A stretch of 64,000 bases of DNA from Candidatus Acidiferrum sp. (GCA_036496505.1 DASXLA010000041.1:964-64963); one strand, 5' to 3'; positions 1 to 9,939 are shown, counted from the first letter of the stretch. Numbers and translations: made by a program. Notes: generated from the sequence alone by a model not told the origin.

Positions 1-104
1 GAAAGCCGTTCGATGAACATCTGCGCTGGACCGATACCTGGGTGAAGATGTCGGGCGGCAAGTGGCAGTGTGTGGCCAGCCAGAGCTCGCCGGTAACCCC
101 CTAA
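1..104 (+). CDS. 3' end of NTF2/SnoaL-like (DUF4440-type) protein, partial
   Basis: Frame from nt 3 reads KPFDEHLRWTDTWVKMSGGKWQCVASQSSPVTP*; the R-x-T-D-T-W-V-K..G-x-W-Q-C-V-A-S pattern is typical of DUF4440 C-termini. Confidence 0.65.
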   Translation, partial: KPFDEHLRWTDTWVKMSGGKWQCVASQSSPVTP

Positions 105-252
105 CCAAACGCAAATTCGCAAGCAACGAACTCCATGTTCTAAATCTACTGGCTTCTACAGCTTGCCATACAGATTTCTACTGTATTTTTTCTCTTCCCC
201 AGGCAGGTTTGAGCGCGCTTTTGCACTATAATCTTTATCGCTGATCGCGCTG

Positions 253-1923
253 GTGTCCACGCGAAGCCGATCGACGCAAACCACCGTGCCGACCTACTCA
301 TTTTTCATCAGCTTGCTGGCCATGCAGGGCTCGCTCGGCCGCTACTGGCACAAAATCACCGATCGCACCTTTTCCGGCGTGTACCACGCCAATGGCTTCG
401 ATCTGGCGATGATGATTCCCTACTTCATCGTGCTGTTCGTGCTGGCGCTTTACGGGCTGCACCGCTACTGGCTGGTGTACGACTATTACCGCTTCGCCAA
501 AAATGTTCCGCCACAGCCGCCCCCGGTCAGCGAATGGCCGCGTGTAACCATCCAGCTCCCAATTTTCAACGAACGCTACGTGATCGAGCGGCTCGTCGAA
601 GCCATCTCGCACTTCGATTATCCGATGGAACTTCTCGACGTGCAGGTCCTGGACGACTCCACCGACGAAACGCAGGAAATCGCTCGCAATTGCGTCGAGC
701 TCTTCGCAGCTCAGGGCCTTCCGATCACCTACATTCATCGAACCAACCGCGAAGGCTACAAGGCCGGCGCGCTGGAAAATGGCCTGCAGACCGCGAAGGG
801 CCAGTTCATCGCAATTTTTGACGCGGACTTTGTGCCCTCTCCCGATTTTCTGCGGCAGACCATCCCCTATTTCATGAATCCGCGCGGGGGCATGAGTATC
901 GGAATGGTGCAAACGCGCTGGACCTACCTCAACCGCGACTACTCGTTGCTGACCCAGGTCGAAACGATTCTGCTCGACGGTCACTTCGTGGTGGAGCACG
1001 GCGCGCGTTCGCGGCGCGGCGCATTTTTCAATTTCAACGGCACCGCCGGCGTGTGGCGCCGCAAAGCCATCGACCAGGCTGGCGGCTGGCAGCACGACAC
1101 CCTCACGGAAGACACCGACCTCTCTTATCGCGCGCAGCTGAAAGGCTGGAAATTCTTATATCTTCCCCACATCGAGTGCGCCTCCGAACTCCCCGTGGAC
1201 ATGAACGGCTTCAAGGCGCAGCAGGCGCGCTGGGCCAAGGGACTGATGCAGACCGCCCGAAAAATCCTGCCCCAGGTTTTTCGCGCCAACGTGCCCTGGC
1301 ACGTGAAATCCGAGGCGTTTTTTCATCTCACCGCCAATATTAGCTACCCGCTGATGGTGCTGCTCTCCACCATGCTGCTGCCCGCCATGATTGTGCGCTT
1401 TTACCAGGGTTGGTTTCAGATGCTGGTAATCGATCTGCCGCTCTTTCTGGCGTCGACCTGTTCAATCTCCAGTTTTTACCTGGTGGCGCAAAAAGAGCTG
1501 CGGCCCAAAACCTGGTACCGCGCCTTTCTGTACATGCCTTTCGTGATGGCCACGGGCATCGGCATCTCCGTGCGCAACGCGCAGGCGGTGCTGGAAGCCC
1601 TCGCCGGAAAGAAAAGCGAATTTGCGCGGACTCCGAAGTACAATATCGCCGGAAAAAATGGCTCGTACGCGAAAAAATCCTACCGCAACAAGGCCGGATG
1701 GATGCCTTACGCGGAGATTTTGCTGGGCGTGTATTTCGCATACACAGTGATTTATGCCGTGCTGAATGACAATTACGCCACCGTGCCATTCTTGCTGCTC
1801 TTCGTATGGGGTTATGTCTACACCGGGTGCATGTCGCTGGGGCAGACCTACTTCGCGCATTTGCGTTTCAAAGTGGACAGTCCGGAAATGCGCCCCGCCG
1901 CCTCCGGCGCCCCAGGATTCTAA
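253..1923 (+). CDS. Membrane glycosyltransferase family 2 (CslA/cellulose-synthase-like processive GT)
   Basis: DDS, DAD, TED and QQARW (QxxRW) motifs; N- and C-terminal TM helices. Confidence 0.9.
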   Translation: MSTRSRSTQTTVPTYSFFISLLAMQGSLGRYWHKITDRTFSGVYHANGFDLAMMIPYFIVLFVLALYGLHRYWLVYDYYRFAKNVPPQPPPVSEWPRVTIQLPIFNERYVIERLVEAISHFDYPMELLDVQVLDDSTDETQEIARNCVELFAAQGLPITYIHRTNREGYKAGALENGLQTAKGQFIAIFDADFVPSPDFLRQTIPYFMNPRGGMSIGMVQTRWTYLNRDYSLLTQVETILLDGHFVVEHGARSRRGAFFNFNGTAGVWRRKAIDQAGGWQHDTLTEDTDLSYRAQLKGWKFLYLPHIECASELPVDMNGFKAQQARWAKGLMQTARKILPQVFRANVPWHVKSEAFFHLTANISYPLMVLLSTMLLPAMIVRFYQGWFQMLVIDLPLFLASTCSISSFYLVAQKELRPKTWYRAFLYMPFVMATGIGISVRNAQAVLEALAGKKSEFARTPKYNIAGKNGSYAKKSYRNKAGWMPYAEILLGVYFAYTVIYAVLNDNYATVPFLLLFVWGYVYTGCMSLGQTYFAHLRFKVDSPEMRPAASGAPGF

Positions 1924-2064
1924 TTTTCCAACCACGGTCTGAACCAAACGACGCGGCCGGGTGCCGGGTGCGTAAGGTGGGACGCCCAGACCGCCACTAC
2001 TACAAAGCTACGAAGCTCCCAAGACCCGAATTCCTACTTAAGAATTCAGCCACAGCGCTCTTCC

Positions 2065-3201
2065 TCACTCGAATCGAATCGCCACAATTTCCGGCCGGTT
2101 TCCCACGCGCAGTGGCGGTCCCCACGTGCCCGCACCTGTGGTCGTATAAATCTGCATCTCCCCCGCAGTCTGCAGTCCGTAAACATATTTTCCATACATG
2201 CGTTCGGCGGCCAGCGTCCATGGCCAGAATTGCCCGTAGTGCGTGTGCCCCGAGAGCTGCAGAGAGATTCCGGCTTCGGTGGAAACTTGCACGCGATCCG
2301 GCGCGTGGGTCAACAGAATGCTGGGCCGCGCGGACTCCAGGCCGCTGCCGCGCAGGATTTTGAGGAAGTGCTCGCGGTGCGTGGCGTCGCGATAGTTGAC
2401 GCCCACAATCTGCAAGCCGTCCACCTCGACCCGTTCGTTTTCCAGCACGCGCACCCCGCTCGCGGCTACCGCTTTTTGAAATTTGGTGTGATCGGTGAAT
2501 TCCTCGTGATTCCCTTCCACAAAAAACGCGCCCAGCCGCGGCTTGAGCAGGCGCAGCGGTTCAGCCAGCCGCGCGAAATCGGCGGGCGTGCCGTCGTATA
2601 AATCACCGGTGATAAAAACTACGTCGGGCTGCAACGCGGCGGCCATCATGAAGATGCGCCGCGAAAAACCGAACGTGCGGAAATTGCCGAGGTGCACGTC
2701 GCTGACCAGCACCGCGGTACGCCCGCACCAAGACGGCGGCAGCTTCGGTAATTTCACGGTGATGTGCTTCACGCGCGTCCAGGCGGCATTGATCACGCCG
2801 TACGTGGTGACCAGCACGGCCAGCGCGAGAAAAAACAGCGCAAAATCGCGCCGCGGGATTTTTACGCCGCCGAGACGCACCGCTCCATACGCAATCCAGC
2901 ACAGCAGCGCCGAGAAAAACGCGTAGTTTACGAAGCCCAGCCACACCGCGGTGATTCGATAGAACAATCGCAATATCACGTTGGTGAGCTGGAAACCGAT
3001 GAGCGAGGTCGCGAGAAAGCTCAGAGACAAAATCAGAAAAACGATGAGCAGCCGCCAGTGGCTCAGCGGGCCGAACTCATCAGCATTTGTTTCTCCGCCG
3101 CCAGGCGCCAGGAAGTAAATCCAGGTGAGGAAAAGGAAAACGTGAACCACAATCAGAACGGTCTGAAATACCGTTAGAAACACTAGAAATCGCTTGCCCA
3201 A
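2065..3201 (-). CDS. Membrane-bound metallophosphoesterase (YkuE/YaeI-like)
   Basis: Several TM helices, then DVHLG, GDLYD, GNHE and SGHTH motifs; likely TTG start at 3201 after GAGGAAG. Confidence 0.85.
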   Translation of the reverse strand: MGKRFLVFLTVFQTVLIVVHVFLFLTWIYFLAPGGGETNADEFGPLSHWRLLIVFLILSLSFLATSLIGFQLTNVILRLFYRITAVWLGFVNYAFFSALLCWIAYGAVRLGGVKIPRRDFALFFLALAVLVTTYGVINAAWTRVKHITVKLPKLPPSWCGRTAVLVSDVHLGNFRTFGFSRRIFMMAAALQPDVVFITGDLYDGTPADFARLAEPLRLLKPRLGAFFVEGNHEEFTDHTKFQKAVAASGVRVLENERVEVDGLQIVGVNYRDATHREHFLKILRGSGLESARPSILLTHAPDRVQVSTEAGISLQLSGHTHYGQFWPWTLAAERMYGKYVYGLQTAGEMQIYTTTGAGTWGPPLRVGNRPEIVAIRFE

Positions 3202-3471
3202 TCGCGTCTTCCTCGTATGGACGAAATCGATTCCTGTTGTCCATCTCTTCCAGCGTATCACGCAGTTGCGGCTAGTCCGGTGAGACGCTGCGGCCCGCAT
3301 AAACGCCGTCCAAACCTATTCACGGCCACCCGGTTCGTGTCATTTTGGCGACAGCGAGAAATTCAGATACAATCCCGGCGCCGGGCTTCATTTCCTCAGC
3401 CGTTTGCATCTATATTCTGGGAACCCGCTTGCCCCGGGCGCGCCGGTCGTGGTGGTTTTCAAGGAGAATCC

Positions 3472-4980
3472 GTGATTCGTCTGTCGAATTTCGCCGAGCA
3501 GGAGATTTCTGCGTCCAAATTATCTTCGCGGTCTTGGCGCGCCAGGCAGTCTTTGCGGGCGCGACGGAAAACGCCCTTCGCCTCCTCTGCTTGCTTCGTC
3601 ATCGTGGTCGCAGCGGTCTTCTTTTTCGCCGCAGTTTGTGCACCTCCATCGAAAGCCCAGCAGCGTCGGGAGCGCGAGCCCAACAGCTTCTACGCCGCGC
3701 GCCGCGCGCAGTTAGCGTCGCAGGTGGACGGGCCGGTTGTTTTGTGGGGCTTCACGGGGCGCGAGGAAGTGTCTCAGGCCTACATCTTCGCGCAGGAAGA
3801 TAATTTTTATTACCTCACCGGTCACAACGAAGAGGGCGCCGGTCTGATTATCCTCCCCGCTGCAAAACCGGGCCCTGCCGGTGCGCCCTCCAACGAACCG
3901 CTGAATGGCGTGCGCGAAATTCTCTTTCTGCCCGCGAAGGATCCGGCAAAAGAGAAATGGAACGGGCCGCGCATGTCGCCGAGCGATTCGGGCATCGAAG
4001 CACGCACCGGCTTCGCGGTGGTCAAGCCTTTTTCCGAGATGCGCGCCACGGTGGAAAAACTGGCCAACAGTTATGTCGCGCTCTGCACCATTCTTCCCTA
4101 TGAAAAAGAATTGGGCGGCTATCCGCACGAAAAAAACGTGGTGGACTGGCTGCAGATGATCGCGCCGCAGGACCGCCTGAAGGATATTCGCCAGAATATT
4201 TACGCGCTGCGCGAAATCAAGTCGCCCGGCGAAATCGCCTTTCTGACCAAGGCTATCGACCTTTCCCTCGATGCGCATCTCGAAGCCATGAAAATGATGA
4301 GGCCCGGGCTGTTCGAATACGAAATCGCCGCGAAGATGGTGGAAGTGCACGCCATGGGCGGCTCGGAGGCGGAAGGCTACGCTCCCATCGTGGGCGCGGG
4401 GCCCAATTCCGTGGTGCTGCATTACGACAAGCTGTCACGCAAGATTGAAGACGGCGACATCGTGGTGCTCGACGTGGGCGCCCAGTTTTCCGGTTACTCC
4501 GCCGACATCACGCGCACGCTGCCGGCCAACGGAAAGTTCACCCCGCGCCAGCGCGAAATTTACGACATCGTGCTCGGCGCGCAAAACGCCGCCATGGCCA
4601 CGCTCAAGCCCGGCGAGGATTTGTGCCGCAAGGGCGACCACAGCGCCTACAAGGTTTCCTACGACTACATCAATTCGCACGGCAAAGATCGCCACGGCAA
4701 ACCACTCGGTCAATATTATATTCACGGGCTCGGTCACGATATCGGGCTGGATGTGCACGATCCCGGCGACTATTGCCAGCCGTTGCAGCCGGGCATGGTC
4801 GTCACCATGGAGCCGGGAATTTACATCCCCGAGGAAAATCTCGGCGTGCGCATCGAGGACGACGTGCTCATCACCACGACGGGCTACAAATTGTTAAGCG
4901 AGCGCCTTCCGCGCGATGCCGACGCCATCGAAAAAATCATGGCCGAAGCCGCAAAACAGCGCGCCGCCACCAAACCCTGA
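3472..4980 (+). CDS. pepP: Xaa-Pro aminopeptidase (M24B) with signal peptide
   Basis: LHY, DVG..Y.ADITRT, HGLGHDIGLDVHD, TMEPGIY and GVRIEDD motifs; GTG at 3472 after AAGGAG; hydrophobic segment ending SKA. Confidence 0.88.
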   Translation: MIRLSNFAEQEISASKLSSRSWRARQSLRARRKTPFASSACFVIVVAAVFFFAAVCAPPSKAQQRREREPNSFYAARRAQLASQVDGPVVLWGFTGREEVSQAYIFAQEDNFYYLTGHNEEGAGLIILPAAKPGPAGAPSNEPLNGVREILFLPAKDPAKEKWNGPRMSPSDSGIEARTGFAVVKPFSEMRATVEKLANSYVALCTILPYEKELGGYPHEKNVVDWLQMIAPQDRLKDIRQNIYALREIKSPGEIAFLTKAIDLSLDAHLEAMKMMRPGLFEYEIAAKMVEVHAMGGSEAEGYAPIVGAGPNSVVLHYDKLSRKIEDGDIVVLDVGAQFSGYSADITRTLPANGKFTPRQREIYDIVLGAQNAAMATLKPGEDLCRKGDHSAYKVSYDYINSHGKDRHGKPLGQYYIHGLGHDIGLDVHDPGDYCQPLQPGMVVTMEPGIYIPEENLGVRIEDDVLITTTGYKLLSERLPRDADAIEKIMAEAAKQRAATKP

Positions 4981-4989
4981 CTCTTTCAA

Positions 4990-6282
4990 TCACGCCAGTT
5001 TTTTTTCGCGCTTGTACTCGTCGAATTTTTCCAGAAACCGGTCGATATCTTTCTTCTGTATGTAGTACGGCGTGGAAAGCCGCAGCTTGTTGGGGTCCGC
5101 GCCGCGGATGCGAATCTTGTGCGTGTGCCACAGCCAGTTTTCCAGATCCAGGCGCGGCACCGGCGGCACATTTACGGTAATGATGGCGCAGCGCAGCGCC
5201 GGATCGGCCGAAGTCCAGGAAACCGCGCCCCGCTTGAGCATTTCCGCAAGCATGTAATCGCCCAGCGCGCGGTGCCGGCGTTCGATGCGTTCCAGCCCGA
5301 TATCATTGGCGAGCTTGATGGAGGCCCGCAGGCCACAGAGCGCGGGCACATTCGAGCTGCCGATGCGCTGGAATCTTTCCGCGCGAATCTTCGGCTCATC
5401 CCAGCCTTCGGTCACAATGGTGTTCCATAGTCGGTCGATGACCTCGTCCCGAACATACAGAAACCCCGAGCCCTTGGTGGCCTGCAGCCATTTGTGCGGG
5501 CTCGACGAGTACATGTCGCACCCGATGTCGTGCACATTGAATCGCATCATGCCCGGCACGTGCGCGCCGTCCACCGCGGAGAGTATGCCCTTGGAGCGCG
5601 CCAGCGCGGCAATTTCCTTCGCGGGCAGAACCACGCCGGAAAAAGTCGAGATGTGGCTGAAAAAAATCACTCGGGTCCGCGGCGTGATGGCGTCATTGAA
5701 AAGATTCAGCACTTCTGCGGCGCTTTTCACCGGGCGCGGCAGCGTAATTTTTTTCACCACGATGCCGTAGCGCTTGGCTTTCAGGTTCCACGGATTTTCG
5801 CCGCCGGGATGCTCCTGGTCGGTCATGAGCACTTCGTCGCCGGGTTTCATGTCCAGCCCGTTGGCGATGTAGCTGTTGGCTTCGGTGGCGTTGCGCAGCA
5901 GCGCGATTTCATCGCGATGGCAGCCCACGAAGGCCGCCAGCGGATCGCGAAACTCGTTCCACGCGGCATAGCCCCAGATGGGATAATCCTCGGGCTCCTG
6001 TTGATCCAATTTTTCCGTGCTGGTGTAGCCGTCGAAAATGGCGCGCAGCACCGGCGCGGGACTCGAGCCCACCGTGCCGTTGTTCAGGTAAATTTCGTCC
6101 GCGGGAATGAGGAACTGCTTGCGCAGCTCCGCCCAGTAGGCGTCTTCATTGGTGTCGAGCAGCGCCGGATCGGGCAACGTGGCGGGAACATTTTGCAGTT
6201 GCGCCAGCAAATTCCCGCGAAGCGCGAAAGTGGCTGCCAGTCCCGTCGTGGCGGCAGTAAGAAAATTTCGGCGGTCGAGCAT
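4990..6282 (-). CDS. Tat-exported class V aminotransferase/PLP enzyme (isopenicillin-N-epimerase/PvdN-like)
   Basis: DRRNFL twin-arginine signal; YLNNG, DGAH and SSPHKW (PLP lysine) motifs. Confidence 0.85.
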   Translation of the reverse strand: MLDRRNFLTAATTGLAATFALRGNLLAQLQNVPATLPDPALLDTNEDAYWAELRKQFLIPADEIYLNNGTVGSSPAPVLRAIFDGYTSTEKLDQQEPEDYPIWGYAAWNEFRDPLAAFVGCHRDEIALLRNATEANSYIANGLDMKPGDEVLMTDQEHPGGENPWNLKAKRYGIVVKKITLPRPVKSAAEVLNLFNDAITPRTRVIFFSHISTFSGVVLPAKEIAALARSKGILSAVDGAHVPGMMRFNVHDIGCDMYSSSPHKWLQATKGSGFLYVRDEVIDRLWNTIVTEGWDEPKIRAERFQRIGSSNVPALCGLRASIKLANDIGLERIERRHRALGDYMLAEMLKRGAVSWTSADPALRCAIITVNVPPVPRLDLENWLWHTHKIRIRGADPNKLRLSTPYYIQKKDIDRFLEKFDEYKREKKLA

Positions 6283-6381
6283 GTCATCCCCTGTGTGGCC
6301 AAAAAAGCGGCGAAAGCGATTTGCACTTGTAAGACTGCGCGTGTCCCACGTCTTTATAACTCGCGCACCAATTACGCAAGT

Positions 6382-7071
6382 TCAATTTTTGACCTCCACG
6401 CCGCTCACTTCAGCATCGACGAACGTGAATGTCACCATCGGCCCCTCTCGCACATTCAACACCAGCGGCGGTCGAAAACACGCGATGCAAATGCCATCCT
6501 TGTGCCGCACGCTTGGATACACGATCCCCGCAGAGCCGCTGCTCAAAAGTGTGAGTCCCAGTGCCTGGGGCGCGGCGTAACTGCTCGGATCCAGGCAGTC
6601 CAAAAAATCCGCATCTCCTTGCAGGTCGTGAAATTCATGCCTGAAATCGGCGAGATAGTCTATGTACGGCGAGACCTCTTCCGCTTTCCATCCGATTTCT
6701 TTCAACTCCGCGCCCCGGTGAAACGCCACTTCCGCCTGCGCCGTCGGCATTTCGAAACTTGCGTACCACGCCCCTCGCCCCGCGCTGTTGAAACGCCCTC
6801 CCGCCGGGCGCGCGTGCGTGAAAGACGCGTTGACGATGTGCGCCAGCCGGAAGCCGGAGACCAACTCGATGGCGCTGATTCCCGGCAGTCGCCCGCTTTC
6901 GCCCAGCAATCGATCGTTCGTGGCGCCTTCCAGCTCCGTCAGGTCTGCCAACAGATCGTCGTCGCCTCGCGCCAGAAGATCGAGGATTGGCCGGCCGCGA
7001 TCGCTGTAACGGTAAGGGATCAGCCGATGAGTATTGTCGCGTTCGACTTTGCGCTGCTTCGTAAATTTCAT
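6382..7071 (-). CDS. RES-domain toxin (NAD+ phosphorylase family)
   Basis: GGRFN, WYA, EVAFH, Y..PQ and GIVYPSVR motifs; start overlaps antitoxin stop. Confidence 0.85.
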   Translation of the reverse strand: MKFTKQRKVERDNTHRLIPYRYSDRGRPILDLLARGDDDLLADLTELEGATNDRLLGESGRLPGISAIELVSGFRLAHIVNASFTHARPAGGRFNSAGRGAWYASFEMPTAQAEVAFHRGAELKEIGWKAEEVSPYIDYLADFRHEFHDLQGDADFLDCLDPSSYAAPQALGLTLLSSGSAGIVYPSVRHKDGICIACFRPPLVLNVREGPMVTFTFVDAEVSGVEVKN

Positions 7072-7517
7072 CAGCCGCCGCGGCGCGCGTCCAGCAGTTG
7101 GCGAACTCTCACGAAGGCCGGTATGCCGCCCTTCTTGATGTAATTGAGCGGCGAGTCTCCGCCGAACATGGCGTTCGTGTTTGGCAAGGTCATCCAGGCA
7201 TCTGCCAGCTTCCGGCTGTAAAGGATATTCAGTGCCTTGTAGATCCCCAGCAAAAGCGAGATGCGCGTGAGTTGGTCCTCATCTAGCAATTTGCTGGCCC
7301 GGCTCTTCATCCCATAAAAACTGCCGCTGGACATTCCGCCAAGCAGGCTGCGCGTATCCTCATCTCGCAATCCCCAATGCGCCGCGATGCGCAGAAGCCC
7401 TTTGGTGGCCGCCGGGCTGAGGCGGGTGCGGTTGTCTCTTCTCGATAGGTCGACCGCCGCGTCCCAGGAAAATCCCACGACGGATTGTTGCAGCAAAGAT
7501 GTAGAAAGCTGTTCCAT
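7071..7517 (-). CDS. Xre/MbcA/ParS-family antitoxin (DUF2384)
   Basis: Xre-like N-terminus, C-terminal W...PN..FGG.SPL..I..GG...VR..LDA signature; directly upstream of the RES gene. Confidence 0.85.
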   Translation of the reverse strand: MEQLSTSLLQQSVVGFSWDAAVDLSRRDNRTRLSPAATKGLLRIAAHWGLRDEDTRSLLGGMSSGSFYGMKSRASKLLDEDQLTRISLLLGIYKALNILYSRKLADAWMTLPNTNAMFGGDSPLNYIKKGGIPAFVRVRQLLDARRGG

Positions 7518-7520
7518 TTA

Positions 7521-7556
7521 TGTAGAGATATTACTCCATTTTTGATAATACTACAA
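7521..7556 (-). promoter_or_regulatory. Sigma70-like promoter of xre-res, overlapped by an inverted repeat (putative auto-operator)
   Basis: Minus strand TTGTAG-N17-TAATAT ending 10 nt before the ATG; TGTAG..TATTA / TAATA..CTACA symmetry. Confidence 0.5.
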
Positions 7557-7637
7557 GGCTGCGACTAGGTCATCGTAAGTCATTATTTATACTGGACTTA
7601 CGCCGAGCTCCATAGAACTCGGGGTCGAATACCGCTT

Positions 7638-8756
7638 CTACTTGCAGCGCATCACCAGGTAGGTGATGTCGTCGGACTGGTGCGTCACTCCTACGAACTC
7701 GTCCACAGGTTTCATCAGGAATTGCAAACTCTCCTGCGCGTTCATCACCACGGGCAAGGCACGAATGGCGCGGAACCACCGCTCGTTGCCGAACTCCTCA
7801 TGCTTGTCATTGAAAGCTTCCACCACCCCATCGGTGTAGAAAATCAAAGCGTCCCCAGGTTGCATTTCCACGCAAGCAGTCTCGTAAATCTCCGCAGCAT
7901 CAATCCCCAGCGGCATTCCGCCCACTTCAAGCTTTTCCAGCGTGGCGGCGGCGCGGCGAAGAATCGGCGCGTTGTGGCCGGCATTCACATAAGTGAGTCG
8001 CCGCGCCTGCGGTTCGTACTCCGCAAGCACGGCCGTGGTGAAGCGCTGGCCATCCTGGCTGTGCGCACAGGCGTAGCGATTCAGCCGCGCCACTAAATCG
8101 GCGAGCGGAGCGCCCTCGCCGGCGATGGTCCGCAGGCTGGCTTGCAGCGTGGCCATCAGCAGCGCGGCGGGAATGCTCTTCCCCACCACGTCCGCAATCA
8201 CTACCATCAGCTTGGAGTCCGCGCCCGCCTCGGCGTTGGGAAAAAACGCATCGTAGTAATCGCCGGCCACGGAATTTTGCGGCCGCGTAGAAAATGCAAT
8301 GTCCGCTCCCGCCACTTCCGGCGGAAACGACGGCACCAGCCACGACTGAATCTCGCGCGCGATCTCCAGGTCGCGCTTCATGGTCACCTTATCCGCCAGC
8401 TCCAGCATCAGCAGGATCAGGAAAAGCAGCACGGCGAAGAATTGCGTGCGCGCGTCGAACATCATCACGAACGCCACCAGCAGCAGCACCCGCCGCGCGG
8501 CGCTCATCTTCAGCAGCATCGCCCAGAAAAATTGCCGCATGATGTGCAGCGGGCGGCGCCAGTGCGGCAGCTTCTGGATGCTCTCCCAGTCCACCTCGCG
8601 GCCGTAGAAGCCGTAACCCGCGCGCGCGTCTGCGGCGAATTGCTTCCACAGGTCGTCAATCTGACGGCCTTCGCTGACGCGCTGCCAGAAGTTCCTCAAG
8701 CGGTCGCCGAAGCGCTCGCGGACATGTGGCGCGGCTGGCTGTGGAATGGAACTCAT
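7638..8756 (-). CDS. PP2C/SpoIIE (RsbU-like) phosphatase with N-terminal membrane segment
   Basis: VAGDYYD, ADVVGK, NAGH, YTDGV and SDDIT motifs. Confidence 0.9.
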   Translation of the reverse strand: MSSIPQPAAPHVRERFGDRLRNFWQRVSEGRQIDDLWKQFAADARAGYGFYGREVDWESIQKLPHWRRPLHIMRQFFWAMLLKMSAARRVLLLVAFVMMFDARTQFFAVLLFLILLMLELADKVTMKRDLEIAREIQSWLVPSFPPEVAGADIAFSTRPQNSVAGDYYDAFFPNAEAGADSKLMVVIADVVGKSIPAALLMATLQASLRTIAGEGAPLADLVARLNRYACAHSQDGQRFTTAVLAEYEPQARRLTYVNAGHNAPILRRAAATLEKLEVGGMPLGIDAAEIYETACVEMQPGDALIFYTDGVVEAFNDKHEEFGNERWFRAIRALPVVMNAQESLQFLMKPVDEFVGVTHQSDDITYLVMRCK

Positions 8757-8814
8757 CGCAAGTTCAGCATATGAAGCCGCGAAGCCTTTGTCGAGCGTGT
8801 AGAATTAGTAGCAG

Positions 8815-9216
8815 TTGGAGCGGGGGATGCAGATGGATCGGCAGCTCGCGTCTTATGTAATTCGGTATTACAGCCGCTTCATGCACGTACACGAACAATT
8901 GGCCTACAGGCATTTGAGCGGAACCGCCAAGGTCACAAACGGACACAGTGACGAGGCCGCACAAGGCGAGGCGGCCCGCAGTGCCAAAACCCGTTCGCGA
9001 GGATTATTGTCAGACGATCCAGAAGTTCTGCTATTGGCGCGAGATGGTTTGGAAGCCTTCGTTGAACGAACCGCAGCCCGAATATTTAACGAACATACAT
9101 CCGAGATTTTTCTGAATGACTGCCCGCGTTGTGGCGCTCTGGCAAAAACACCGAAAGCGCGCCAATGTCGTTTGTGCTTCCATGACTGGCACGATGACAG
9201 TCCAGCGACGAGGTAG
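8815..9216 (+). CDS. Hypothetical protein with C-terminal zinc ribbon
   Basis: CPRC...CRLC..DWH; start may be the ATG a few codons downstream. Confidence 0.6.
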   Translation: MERGMQMDRQLASYVIRYYSRFMHVHEQLAYRHLSGTAKVTNGHSDEAAQGEAARSAKTRSRGLLSDDPEVLLLARDGLEAFVERTAARIFNEHTSEIFLNDCPRCGALAKTPKARQCRLCFHDWHDDSPATR

Positions 9217-9372
9217 AACCATGTGCGGATTGACCGCATTCAATGCGCCCATTTATACTGGATGTTCGCGCTGGAGATTGCTTCCGGCGTCCCTCGAGTG
9301 ATTTCGCGGGCTTTCGGGCCGATGCGCAAATGCCTGGCGAAATTCCGAAAATAAAAAGTACATTGGGAGATT

Positions 9373-9939
9373 ATGAGCAGCACGAAAGCCACACAACTTC
9401 GCCCCGGCATGGTTATCCAGCACGAAGGGCAGCTCTACACCGTTTTCAGCGTGGATCACCGCACCCCGGGTAACAAACGCGGCTCCATGCAGACCCGCCT
9501 GAAAAACCTCCGCACCGGCACGATGATCGATTACCGCTTCCGTGCGGAAGAATTTGTGGATCGCGCCATCCTGGACGAGGTGGAGTTCGAGTATCTCTAC
9601 AGCGAAGGCGACGAATTTCACTTCATGAACACCAAGAATTACGAGCAGATGCAGATGACCCGCGACGAACTGGGCGAGACCGTCTTTTACCTGATCCCCA
9701 ACACCGTCGTGAGCGTGGAATTTTTCGAGGACAAAGCCATCGGCGTCAATTTGCCGGACACTATGGAAATGAAAGTGGTGCAGACCGAGCCGACGCTGCA
9801 GAAGGCCACCGCCAGCGCGGTCGGCAAGCCGGCCACCCTGGAAACCGGCCTGGTGATTCAGGTGCCGCCGTTCGTGAACCAAGGCGACCGTGTAAAGGTG
9901 GACACCACCGAAGCGCGTTACGTGCAGCGCGTGGAGTAG
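9373..9939 (+). CDS. efp: Elongation factor P
   Basis: LRPGMVI, TPGNKRG loop, YLYSEG, and KPATLETG..IQVPPFV..GD.VKVDT signature. Confidence 0.97.
   Translation: MSSTKATQLRPGMVIQHEGQLYTVFSVDHRTPGNKRGSMQTRLKNLRTGTMIDYRFRAEEFVDRAILDEVEFEYLYSEGDEFHFMNTKNYEQMQMTRDELGETVFYLIPNTVVSVEFFEDKAIGVNLPDTMEMKVVQTEPTLQKATASAVGKPATLETGLVIQVPPFVNQGDRVKVDTTEARYVQRVE

Noticed and set aside
253-1923. Cellulose synthase bcsA operon
   Set aside because: No PilZ domain and no bcsB/bcsZ/bcsC neighbours; called only as GT2.
5494-7143. Long alternative ORFs (for example 5494-7143, 18363-19832, 24166-25554, 42668-44230, 46755-47945)
   Set aside because: They are antisense or off-frame shadows of well-supported genes, expected in high-GC DNA, and have no motifs.
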